In this document: positions 24,001-35,694 of the stretch, one piece after another
How the letters are laid out: each line of letters opens with the position of its first letter
Numbering within the stretch: position 1 is the first letter of the stretch
Origin: Leucoraja erinacea
Taxonomy: Eukaryota
DNA: 64,000 nucleotides
Assembly (NCBI RefSeq): GCF_028641065.1
Contig: NC_073379.1
Location: 57,722,001 to 57,786,000, forward strand
Reading direction: 5' to 3'
The notes under the pieces: model-generated
Database searches by the model: none
What the model saw: only the letters and a program-made list of their open reading frames with translations
Told to the model about the DNA's origin: nothing
Translations under genes and position numbers: made by a program

Positions 24001-24205
24001 TGTAGAAACAAAGAACTGCAGATGCTGGTTTACACAAAGTGTTGGAGTAATCCAATGGGTCAGGCAGGATCTCTGGAGAACATGTATAGCAGAAGTTTCA
24101 GGTTGGGAGGGTCTAAAGAAAGCTCCTGACTCGAAATGTCATCCAACCATGTTCTCCAGTGATGTTGCCTGACCTGCTGAATTATTGCAGCACTTTGTGT
24201 CCTTT
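24001..24205. mobile_element. Inverted pair of Penelope pseudo-LTR ends
   Basis: ACACAAAGTGTTGGAGTAA.. / ..TTATTGCAGCACTTTGTGT arms around a decayed hammerhead core (GGGT-CTAAAGA..GAAATGTC-ATCC). Confidence 0.7.
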
Positions 24206-25474
24206 TCCATTGTGACTTACTTAGTTTTGAACCCAATTGCTGTATTTTATGTTTTTTAATCCATTTCTCAAACTTCTCTGCTTTGACTGAACTATAAATA
24301 TCTCTGTTCGTGTACTCCTAGCAGAAATGTCACCATAAATAATTGCTCTCAGCCCTGTTAAGTTTGACCAGATCTCCCACCTTGCCTCTTCTAATCCAGG
24401 GGAGTAGACCAGTCATGCTGAGTGAAAAATAACTTTGTAAGTGACCTCTGAATACATCGGATTCGCTGACAATTTCAACATGACCTCATTCATTTGAATG
24501 GGTTCGTTGACCTGGGTCGCAAATGGAAGTACAGGGATATGCTTTTTTTTTAAATGGTACTCAATGTTTCAATTCATTTCTTTAACGTCGATGTCCTTTT
24601 ACATTTTCCACTAACACTTTGTTTTCAAATTGTTTAAATCTCAAAAATGTTTGATTGCTTCTGATAATCAAAGACATTTAGAAACATTTTTTTTAAAGGA
24701 TCAAAAGGCCGTCAGTGATTCTGGGGACGGGGTTCAGGATCCACCACCTGAGACATAGTTATCACTTGCAGGTATCTCCACTTCGTAGGGCAGCAACGTC
24801 AGCAGGGCCTGCAATCTGATTTAACTCTTGAGGCTGCAATGGGTCAACGCAGCTGTGGACATGTCATGGAATGGTTGGGGAGGGGGGTAGAGAGGCAGAG
24901 GTAGTGAGAACAAAGTATAGGTTGGATTAGATGCTATCCTCTAGTGTTTCGGTCATCTTTTTTGCCAATATATTTTCTCATTTTATTTCACTGATTTTTG
25001 TATTAATTCTCCAACCTCGCAATCTTGGCAAGCAAGTTTGCACATTCAATCTCGCTGCAGTAATTCAGTGCCCTAGAGGAGAGAATCTCCTTCATCTGTC
25101 CCAAGTGCACAATGAAGCCCAGATGAAAGGTCTCAACCGAAACATCTGCCTATTTCCCTCCACAGATGCTACCATACAGGTTCCCCAGCAGTTTATGTTT
25201 TTGCACCAGATTCCAGCATCTGCAGTGGCTTGTATCTACATAAGATTGATGTTATGATTGCAATTGTTAATATGAGCCGAATGGCCTACTCCTGCACCTA
25301 TTGTCTATGTAACTATGTAAATGTGAAGAGGTGCAGTAGGCATCTGCAGAAATAAAACCTGCTGATTAACTTCATGAATTGAGGCTAAATTAGTAGCCGT
25401 CGATGGTCCAAAAAAGGTAAGATGTGACCGACCGCAAGGAAATTATCAAAAGATCAAAAATTAATCTTTTTCAG

Positions 25475-25594
25475 GTTCTGGCTTATTCAATTGCATGTGT
25501 ATGTATTTCTGCGTTCAATGCTGGTATCATACAGCCGAATGAAGCCGAAGAGATCATGAATAAACTGCGCACCTTGACAGAGCAGAGTCAACAG
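25475..25594 (+). CDS. FOCAD: FOCAD exon w6 (VLAYSIACVCISAFNAGIIQPNEAEEIMNKLRTLTEQSQQ)
   Basis: Acceptor ttttcag|; donor CAG|gtcagt; 120 nt; phase 0/0. Confidence 0.94.
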
Positions 25595-26181
25595 GTCAGT
25601 TATCTATCAACGGTCTTCACATGCTCAAGATTAAGATGTATACTCAAGTTTACAAAGTTATACTCAACCATGAAGTTAGTGTTGGACTTTTTAAGTTTCA
25701 TACTGCAGCTCATTGGGAAACCAGAAGAATTTCAAGGTCACTGTCTTAATTATCTGACCTTGGAATTTTGGTACGCTAGGTTTGCACAGTTCATCTCACA
25801 GCACTATGTTGTAGCAGAAAGGAGAGAAGCTCCTTCATCTCTTGCCAAGTGCAAAAGATAGGAAGCAGAAAAGTAAAAAGTATGCTGCCATTCTTGTGAA
25901 TATCCATCCCTTAACTAAGACTGAATTTTGTGTTTGGCATTGGAGAGCAGCAGTAGGAGGAAAACTCAGCAGGGGAACAGACACAGCAGGTGCTTTACCT
26001 CTTGCAAGATTGAATCTTACGTTTAAGTGGAATTAGTGTGCAAATGGATTTTTGAAATAGTTCAATTTCTCCTTCAGGAGAAGATCCTGTGCTGTAACAA
26101 CCTTTCTTACAGCTTTTCTGAGTGAAATGATCAATCTGTGCTGATTTCTGGTTAGCTTCATACCTCACATCAACGTGCCAT

Positions 26182-26492
26182 GGGCAGCATTATGCGCAAT
26201 GTTTGATGCCTTACAGAGTTGATGCCTTACAGAGCCTCAGACTTGGGTGTGATCCTGACTAAGGGTGCTGTCTGTACGAGTTTGTACATTCTCCCCGTGA
26301 CTGCATTGGTTTTTACTTGGGTGCTCCGGTTTCCTCCCACACTCCTAAGACACAGGTTTGTACGTTAATTGGCTTAGGTAAAAATTGTAAATTATCCCTA
26401 GTGTGTAGTGTGTGCTAGTATAACAGAGATCGCTGGTTGTCACGGTGGGCTGAAGGGCCCGTTTCCATTCTCTATCTCTAAATAAACTAAAA
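26182..26492 (+). mobile_element. V-SINE (HE1-like)
   Basis: Decayed tRNA-like head, GGTGCTGTCTGTACGAGTTTGTACATTCTCCCCGTG core, TAAAC tail. Confidence 0.85.
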
Positions 26493-26733
26493 ATCCAAAT
26501 GCAACTGTATTGTAGGTTCAAAATAAGGTCACATTTGAGACTTTTATTCCAGGGTTTTTAGTTTATCAGTTTTATCTGGATTTGAACTGCCCACCTTGCT
26601 GAGGTGACCCTGCTGTCACGTCACAGTTCCATTGATTTTGTTGCTATTTGATATTCTCGGACCAGACGTTCTTAAAAAAAGCCGTTGAAATGGCTTATTT
26701 CCAGAGAACTAATTGTGTTTAGTGGCAATAGAA

Positions 26734-27238
26734 ACATAGAAACATAGAAATTAGGTGCAGGAGTAGGCCATTCGGCCCTTCGAGCCTGCACCGCCATTCA
26801 ATATGATCATGGCTGATCATCCAACTCAGTATCCTGTACCTACCTTCTCTCCATACCCCCTGATCCCCTTAGCCACAAGGGCCACATCTAACTCCCTCTT
26901 AAATATAGCCAATGAACTGGCCTCAACTACGCTCTGTGGCAGAGAGTTCCAGAGATTCACCACTCTCTGTGTGAAAAAAGTTCTTCTCATCTCGGTTTTA
27001 AAGGATTTCCCCTTTATCCTTAAGCTGTGACCCCTTGTCCTGGACTTCCCTAACATCGGGAACAATCTTCCTGCATCTAGCCTGTCCAACCCCTTAAGAA
27101 TTTTGTAAGTTTCTATAAGATCCCCTCTCAATCTTCTAAATTCTAGAGAGTATAAACCAAGTCTATCCAGTCTTTCTTCATAAGACAGTCCTGACATCCC
27201 AGGAATCAGTCTGGTGAACTGTCTCTGCATTCCCTCTA
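26734..27238 (-). mobile_element. Young CR1 3' fragment with 11-bp TSD
   Basis: (AAACATAG)n tail; TGGCAATAGAA at 26723-26733 and 27239-27249; near-identical to 47477-47990. Confidence 0.93.
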
Positions 27239-27504
27239 TGGCAATAGAAGCTCCCAATGCCGTGCTGTTCCCTCATTCCCTTGCTGCTCCCGGGACTTGA
27301 CTCAAGTGGACCTACATGTACAAATCTATATCAGTGTACACTTTGAGCCTCAATGACATTCCATTTATGTATTTTTACTGAAAGTAAACTAGGAAAATAG
27401 GCAAAGAATAATGATGTAAAGATTCAAACACATAACTAACTATTCTGCTTCACAGCAAGTAAACATAAACAGCAATGATTATGTATCAGTTAGAATAATT
27501 AATG

Positions 27505-27640
27505 GAGTGGGAGATTGCAACCTTCACATGGTCTGCCCTGTTTCGACGAATGCAATCAACCTGGTGTGCCCAATCAAATACCATCAAATAGAACAAGTTG
27601 TCCTACAACTTTAGGTATGCACGCCATACGCAAGAAGAAG
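27505..27640 (+). mobile_element. Short retroposon insertion with (AAG)n tail, Vingi/Ingi-like 3' end
   Basis: 13-bp TSD AGAATAATTAATG at 27492-27504 and 27641-27653; ends GCCATACGCAAGAAGAAG. The family call is from memory. Confidence 0.7.
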
Positions 27641-28279
27641 AGAATAATTAATGCAACTTACCTTTGTATAATACAAACTTAAAGAAAATACAGGTCTCCA
27701 ACATCAGTGTCAACATCAACAACAATTATCATCTTAATTGATTAGTATGATAATGTCCAGCTATTCCACCAAATTTTCTGATTCTTTTCATATTTTTGTA
27801 GCCAGCCTGCTTAATTCTGGGATGCTGATTTGTTCCTGACCCCGGATTTCATACAGACATTAATATAAAATCGCTGATCAAATGTGAGATCGTGCTTTCG
27901 TACTTAAAAATTGGCCTGCCAAACTTCAGTGGAAAGTGATATTCCATCGGCCTAAACTATGGCGATTTTTTTGACATGTTGAAACAACTCCCTTGTTGTG
28001 CCCAGTTGTCTGACTTAACAGTGTTATTGTAATCCATGGCCATCATTTTAAATGTATTCAAATTTGCTTGTTTTAAAACTTTTTAGCAATTTTTTAATCA
28101 AAATGCTTTTGGTGGAAAGAAGTTGTCAAAAGAATCTTGAACCAAAACAAAAGTAATTTCATGCACTGAGCATTTTAATTTTCCATACACCTCAATCAGC
28201 TAATATTTATGACAGCATAAATCTTGTGCTGCTAGGTTGACATTTTAAAGGCTTTCAATCATATTTAGTTCAGCTTACC

Positions 28280-28600
28280 TCAGGGGCAGCATTCTTTCTT
28301 CTGAATCAGAAACCTGTCTTTCAGGCATGAGGTTATGTTCCAAATTTGGCCTTTAGTGCCAATGTTTGTTCTTGGAGGAGATGCTATCTATTGGATGAAG
28401 CATTAATCAATAGAGCTTGTCAACTCATTCGTGTGAAGGTAAAAAGATCTTTTGGAAGAATAGAAGCCCTGTCCAACATTCTTACCTTTACTAATAGTTC
28501 CCAAAATAAACAGATGCATGCCAACTAGTAAAGTTTAGCTATGTTTTGAGATATCCTGAGAATGTAATTAGATGCAGTATAAATGCAATTATTTTTAAAC
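28280..28600 (+). mobile_element. Highly decayed Deu-domain SINE remnant
   Basis: GGAGATGCTATCTATTGGATGAAGCATTAATC..GTGAAGGTAAAAAGATC..TTTGGAAGAA resembles the Deu-domain consensus as I recall it. Confidence 0.4.
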
Positions 28601-29367
28601 ATAGACTCATGATGAATAAGCTTCAAGTGCTGACAGCCCTATGATATCCACTAAAATGACCACTTTTCATTATTCATGTAACTTTTTGGCAATTTATTAT
28701 ATCAAAGCTGAACGTAATCCATGTCTTCACTGGGCATTGAATGCAAGTATTATCCAGTGGAAGCAACTGAGCAATAAGTGGCTATTTTTCTAAATTTGAG
28801 TTTAATGGTTGGGTTGTTAATTACAGCACCATCTCTTTTGACCTTGGTGCAAACAATTACCTTATTGGGAGCTCTCAGGCCTGTACAGCTTAGGTACACA
28901 TCATATCACAAGGTGAACCCTGAGGAACCACCAATTTTTAGATGGTCTTGTGAGGTCTGGTAACATGAATGCATAAATGTAAAACAAATTCGCCTTTTAA
29001 CTGTTTGGACTAACTACACAAGGAGTTACAGTAACATTTAGCTTATGTGTAATTAGCAAAGATATTAAGAGTAGCTACATTTGTCTTCAAGCCTCATAAT
29101 CATTGTTTCACCTACTGACATTGCAAAAACTTAATGCAGTAATTTTTATTTAGACTAGTTTCTCAGCTGATTTCTTTAAGCTCATGTAAGAAATGCAGAT
29201 TGCCACGGCAATACATATGTGAATTATAAGATAAGCTGATACTTAACCCTGAAGACATGTCATGTTGAGGTTGTTGTCCTGTGCACAGATAAAGTGAGGT
29301 ACAAGTACAATGAAAATTCTGCGTGCAGCAGCATCACAGGCAAATAGACTCGGGCAACACAAAAATA

Positions 29368-30461
29368 TCTATATACTATTAAAAGCCTTGTCTTGTTTGT
29401 CTGTTTGTGAGATCAAGTAACTATGCCAAAACGGCACACAATAGAGCAAATCTTTTTTGCAGAATCTTACTCGGCTTTTTCCCGTGGTCGTTAGTATTAA
29501 GTTTCTTCACATCTGATGTTATATTTCACAAGTTATTGATATTTAAAGTTTTTAAAAAGGCAACTTTGAAAATAATAACTGTCTGGGAGTGGGAGACTTT
29601 TCTAGCAACTTCCAGTGATGATGTCATAATCGCATCTCACAGTCGTCCAGTCACAATGGGATCTAATTTACATAAGCTGCCGTGAAGATTCTGAAAACCG
29701 AAAATGACATCACAATGGGATCTCTGCTGCCAATGCAGAACCTAAGAGAGTTGACGGTGTGGGGGATGGGAGGAGAAGAAATGTTATTTAAACATTGTCT
29801 TTAGTGGGGGAGTACGAAAGGGGAGAGGTGAGGGAGGGAGTGACTGAGGGTAGGGAAAAGGAGGCGGCGGGAGGGGTGACAGAGAGACAATGGGATCAGC
29901 AGCTTCAAGGGGAGTAAGGGGAGAGTGAGATTTTTGCGATCCCCCCCCCCTGATGCCGACCCAAGAGTCCCATTCATTGGCTCCGGGAAGGCCAACTCCC
30001 CCCCCCCCCCCCATGTGGGAAGGATTGATTGCTTTGGGGGAACGGGTTGCGTTGGGGAACGGGTGAGTGATGGAAACGAGTGATGGTGGAATATTGCATT
30101 GGGGAAATTTGACCCAACGGGTCAGGGGGGTAGGGAGGGGAGAGGGGTTATGGAGGGTGGGAGAGAGTGACTAAGGGTAGGGGAAAGGAGAGGGAGGGAG
30201 AGGTGAAGGAGGAGGGGGAGGAATTATAGGGGGATGAGGGGAAATGAGCCGCGCTTGCGCAATTGGGGGCTATGGGTGAGTGGTGGAATATTGCAATGGG
30301 TTACGTTGGGGGAACGGGTGATGGGGGTGATTGGCTCTGGGGTGCACCTGTCTCCGGGGTGAGCACCGACGCCGCGTTCGGGGACAAGTCCTCCCGTGTG
30401 ACACCACGAGCCCACCACCCCGAGTTGGGGGACGGGGCTCAACGTGTCCCACCTGGTCGAG
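29368..30461 (+). mobile_element. Non-autonomous Helitron-like element
   Basis: 5' A|TCTATATACTATTAAAA; subterminal GC hairpin remnant; 3' ..TGGTCGAG|T; inserted between A and T with no TSD. Confidence 0.72.
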
Positions 30462-30707
30462 TATATACATAAATTTCACGCAAGTTCTACAAAAAGTGGG
30501 GGAGAAAAGTCTGCAAAAAAAAAGCAAGACAGTGCAAAAATATACAGTTAGAAAATCTTGCAGTTGCATCACAGGCACATAGACAAATTCACAATAATAA
30601 ATAAAAGCTAAATCATACATAAATTCTAACCGGGCAGTGGACAAAGGGAAATCATTGACAGTGATGTGTGGAAATTTGGAACGTGTTGATGTATGTTGGC
30701 TATGTGT

Positions 30708-32497
30708 ACCATATAACCATATAACAATTACAGCACGGAAACAGGCCATCTCGGCCCTACAAGTCCATGCCGAACAAATTTTTTTCCCCTTAGTCCCACC
30801 GGCCTGCACTCGTACCATAACCCTCCATTCCCTTCTCATCCATATGCCTATCCAATTTATTTTTAAATGATACCAATGAACCTGCCTCCACCACTTCCAC
30901 TGGGAGCTCATTCCACACCGCCACCACTCTCTGCGTAAAGAAGTTCCCCCTCATATTACCCCTAAACTTCTGTCCCTTAATTCTGAAGTCATGTCCCCTT
31001 GTTTGAATCTTCCCTATTCTCAAAGGGAAAAGCTTGTCCACATCAACTCTGTCTATCCCTCTCATCATTTTAAAGACCTCTATCAGGTCCCCCCTTAACC
31101 TTCTACGCTCCAGAGAATAAAGACCTAACTTATTCAACCTATCTCTGTAACTTAGTTGTTGAAACCCAGGCAACATTCTAGTAAATCTCCTCTGTACTCT
31201 CTCTATTTTGTTGACATCCTTCCTATAATTTGGCGACCAAAATTGTACCCCATACTCCAGATTTGGTCTCACCAATGCCTTGTACAATTTTAACATTACA
31301 TCCCAGCTTCTATACTCAATGCTCTGATTTATAAAGGCTAGCATACCAAAAGCTTTCTTTACCACCCTATCTATATGAGATTCCACCTTCAAGGAACTAT
31401 GCACGGTTATACCCAGATCCCTCTGTTCAACTGTATTCTTCAATTCCCTACCATTTACCATGTACGTCCTATTTTGATTTGTCCTGCCAAGGTGTAGCAC
31501 CTCACATTTATCAGCATTAAACTCCATCTGCCATCTTTCAGCCCATTTTTCCAAATGGCCTAAATCACTCTGTAGACTTTGGAAATCCTCTTCATTATCC
31601 ACAACACCCCCTATCTTAGTATCATCTGCATACTTACTAATCCAATTTACCACACCTTCATCCAGATCATTGATGTACATGACAAACAACCATGGACCCA
31701 ACACAGATCCCTGAGGCACCCCACTAGTCACCTGCCTCCAACCCGATAAACAGCCATCCACCATTACCCTCTGGCTTCTCCCATTCAGCCACTGTTGAAT
31801 CCATCTTGCTATTCCTGCATTTATACCCAACAGTTGAACCTTCTTAACCAACCTTCCATGAGGAACCTTGTCAAAGGCCTTACTAAAGTCCATATAGACA
31901 ACATCCACTGCTTTACCCTCGTCAATTTCCCTAGTAACCTCTTCAAAAAATTCAAGAAGATTAGTCAAACATGACCTTCCAGGCACAAATCCATGTTGAC
32001 TGTTCCTAATCAGACCTGTTTATCTAGATGCTTATATATATTGTCTCTAAGTATCTTTTCCATTAATTTGCCCACCACTGAAGTCAAACTAACAGGTCTA
32101 TAATTGCTAGGTTTACTCTTAGAACCCTTTTTAAACAATGGAACAACATGCGCAGTACGCCAATCCTCGGGGACTATTCCCGTTTCTAATGACATTTGAA
32201 ATGTTTCTGTCATAGCCCCGGCTATTTCTACACTAACTTCCCTTAATGTCCTAGGGAATATCCTGTCAGGACCTGGAGACTTATCCACTTTTATATTTTT
32301 CAAAAGTGTCAGTACTTCTTTTACTTTGAACCTCATAGTATCCATAGCTACTCTACTAGTTTCCCTTACCTCACATAATTCAATATCCTTCTCCTTGGTG
32401 AATACCGAAGAAAAAAAATTGTTCAATATCTCCCCCATCTCTTTTGGCTCTGCAGATAGCTGTCCACTCTGTCTCTCCAATGGACCCATTTTATCTT
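30708..32497 (-). mobile_element. CR1 LINE (subfamily B), 5'-truncated, RT nearly intact
   Basis: ORFs 32010-32510 and 30790-31986 ([23 protein letters not shown]) joined by one frameshift; (TTATATGG)n tail. Confidence 0.96.
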
Positions 32498-32700
32498 CAA
32501 TTAATCTCATGCAAGTAGATTAAAGGGTATATCCCAACATAATTATGGAAGCCAGAATAGTCTTGGGCATATGACAACAAAGTAGAATTGATTTATTCAG
32601 CGTTTGATTCTGCATCTCAATCTACTTTCCCTCTGATGCATGCCGTGTATATTGACACTTTGAAAATTAATGATCTAATTCTATTTCCATTTATTTTCAG

Positions 32701-32823
32701 ACTCCGGGCTTTGCAATGGCTCTGGGAAATGTAGCTCATGGGCTGGCAGTATGTGGGCACGGCAAGGCTGAAGACCTTCAAAACCGACTGCTTTCTGCTT
32801 GGTTGAAAATTCTTTTAGCTGAG
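32701..32823 (+). CDS. FOCAD: FOCAD exon w7 (TPGFAMALGNVAHGLAVCGHGKAEDLQNRLLSAWLKILLAE)
   Basis: Acceptor ttttcag|; donor GAG|gttagg; 123 nt; phase 0/0. Confidence 0.94.
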
Positions 32824-33065
32824 GTTAGGTTTTGCTGATTCACAATTATATTAACTTATGCCAGTGTCTGAAAAATGTGGTTAAATTTCAATATAGTTAC
32901 TTGGTAAAACCTGGAAGGTTAACAGTAAGGAGACTAGTTACAGGCTTTGGTATGGTATGGTACTACAGGTGCACAACCTTTTATCCAAAAGCCTTGGGAC
33001 CAGACACTTTTTGTAATTCAGAATTTTTCGGCTTTCGGAATGGAAGATTTTTAGTGTAGATTTTA

Positions 33066-33140
33066 ACGGCTGGCTCAGTGGTTGGTAGAGTGCTCGGCTC
33101 ATATCCGCTAGATCGCGAGTTTGCGCCTAGATCCCGGCAG
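33066..33140 (+). pseudogene. tRNA-Met(CAT)-like relic or tRNA-derived SINE head inside the transposon
   Basis: A-box TGGCTCAGTGG (33071-33081); CGG-CTCATAT-CCG anticodon-like arm; degenerate B-box AGTTTGCGCC; no intact acceptor stem. Confidence 0.5.
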
Positions 33141-34340
33141 TTACTCGATCGCGAGTTTGAGTCTTCAATGTAGTTTTTTCTTGCCGAATAGGAGAGACTA
33201 GGGAGGGTTAGGCTGGGATCATTCTCTGCGAGATGATCTTAGTGCGGGAGACAAGTGTAGGAGAGGTGTACTGACTGGGCAGAACTTTGGAAGTGATTGC
33301 CCACCATTCTCAAAAGCCGCTGTGTCTCCCTGTCCCTCCAACTCCACAGGAATCCGCTCCCCGATGGGCTGCTACGGCGACAAGTGGCAGTTTGCCCACA
33401 GCCCGAGCTACGCCACCCCAAGAACAAGATGTACCTTGCACACCATCAGCTTCTGCGTGTTCCTCTGGAGTTGGAGCGGTGCTGGGCAGGAGTTGCTGAT
33501 CTGGGATCTCCGTGCTTGCAGTGGGCCTGGGGGTCGGTGTCCCAATGAGGGGGCGCAGCTCGGGCTGTGGGCGAACTGCCACTTGTCGCCGTAGCGACCC
33601 ATCGGGGAGCGGCTTCTGGTGGTCCTGATGTCTCTCAGCTCCTGTCCAGGCGGGTGGCCGGAGACGTCAGGACCAACAGGAACCCGCTCCCCGATGGGCC
33701 GCTACAGCGACAAGTGGCAGTTCGGCCACAGCCCGAGCTGCGCCCCCTCATCTGCAACCCGGGTTCCTCTGGAGTTGGAGCGGGGCTGGGCTAGAGTTGC
33801 TGCTGGCTGTGAGTCTCTGGGATCTCCGTGCTTGCAGTCGGTGTCCCGTTGGTCCTGACGTCTCCGGCCACCCCCCTGGAATGGAGCTGAGACTGGGAAC
33901 TGTACCGCCCTTGCCCCCTCCCTCTGCAACTGCAAACAACCCCACAGTTCCCAGTCTCAGCTCCTGTACAGGGGGGTGGCCGGAGACGTCACAGCCCGAG
34001 CTGCGTCCCCTCATCCGCAACCCCAAGACCAAGACGTACCTTGCACACCTTCAGTTTCTTGTCCCTACGGCGAGCGTGTTCCTCTGGAGTTGGAATGGGG
34101 CTGGGCTGCTGCTGGCTGTGGGACTCTGGGATCTCCGTGCTTGCAGTGGGCCTGGGGGTCGGTGTCCCGTTGGTCCTGACGTCTCCGGTGACTGGCACTA
34201 ACCTGCTGGCATCGCCGACGTGAAGACAGTGCAAAGCCCCCACGCCGGTGCAATGGGCGGGGAGCTGGAGAGGGGAGGGAAGGGGTCACACACATGGCCG
34301 GGAAGCAGAGGGGTGTAGGTGGGGTGAAACTGAAGGGAGC

Positions 34341-34463
34341 GACAATCTGCTGCTGCCTGCCCGCTGAGTTTAAAAAGTTCCCACGCAAGACTCACGATAC
34401 ACTGTGTATCGTGAGTCTACCGTGGGAACTTTTTAACTCAGCGGCAGACAGCAGCATATTGTC
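34341..34463. repeat. Near-perfect palindrome with about 60-bp arms, centred at 34403
   Basis: GACAATCTGCTGCTG...CACGATACAC-T-GTGTATCGTG...CAGCAGCATATTGTC. Confidence 0.95.
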
Positions 34464-35694
34464 AATTATTAACCCTCCCGCGCAATATACCCTCACCTTC
34501 TCTTTTATGAATGGGGATTTAGTTCCCCTTTCTTCGAGGACCGACCGGAGGTTCCGCTGTCACCTCTGCGGGCCGCCCTCGGTGAACGTCTTCAAGGACC
34601 TTTCTTCAAGGACCGAAAAAATGTCCGCTATTCGGAGCTTTTCGTTATTTGGAACTTCGGATAAAAGGTTGTGCACCTGTATTACCACAAAACTACAGCA
34701 GTTCCAGGAGAAGTCTCATCAGTGTCATCTTTGAGATGAGAATTAAATGCTGACCTTTCCAGGGACCTTTCTCATGAATTAATCAAAAAAAAGCATATGG
34801 ATTTATTTCAACACTGACAGATGTGCAATGATATATTTTGCGAGGAACAATGGTGGGACGCCGGGAGTGACTGGATAGGTTGGGTAGATTATAGTACACA
34901 AAGTACACAAAATAATGAGGCCTCAATAAGGGTAAATAATTAGAAACAACCCCCACCATTGGGGCAGCGGTATCTAAGATGGGATGGCACTGGTTTAACG
35001 TGAAAAGTTAAAGGTTTAGACTAGAGGGAATCTGAGGAAGATTTTTATTTTGCCCAGAGGGTAGTGGCAATCTGGAATGCATTGCCTGACAGATGCAAGA
35101 GGCAGATACCCTCTCAACATTCAAATAACAGAAGAATGGATCACTAATGTAAGAACCAGCGATGGAGTGGCAAGGGCACTTGGACACCATCTCACGCAGT
35201 CAACCATTTAGCAAATTATGGCTCCTTAGAGCATTTTATCTGAACATACTGCCACGGTTTGAAATGAATCACATGAAATAACATGCACTAGCAGAGTAGA
35301 GTTAAATTAATTGAATTAATTAGCACGGTTCCTTAATTACTTTTGTCAGCATTATTAAAGTAAGTATTGCACAAAAGCGTTACAGAAAGTAGCTGTTATG
35401 ATGGTACATACATTTTTTAAAGTTTTCTTTGGCATTTTATCCATAATATACATTGAATTTCCAGAGATTCTCAATAATGGCAAAAAGGTAAGTAATGTTT
35501 CTGTATTCAACAAATGACTGAATTCTGTATTATTTTGTTTCTGAACCAATTTTTTAGTTTTCAATAATATAGACATGCCAATAATTATAATTTTATCTTG
35601 ACTTCCAATGGGTTATGTATAACCCAGATATTTTCATTCTCATTGTTAGCAAATTGACCTGTTGCGCTTCATTTCTCCTTTTACTCGCTTTAAG

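Larger units (their letters stand above)
32966..34679. mobile_element. Tigger/pogo-type non-autonomous DNA transposon with GC-rich modular interior
   Basis: TIRs CAGGTGCACAACCTTTTATCC / GGATAAAAGGTTGTGCACCTG; TA TSD at 32964-32965 and 34680-34681; no transposase ORF. Confidence 0.9.

Noticed and set aside
33239-34734. Dense cluster of overlapping ORFs suggesting a gene
   Set aside because: GC-rich repetitive transposon interior with few stops; no recognisable protein motifs.
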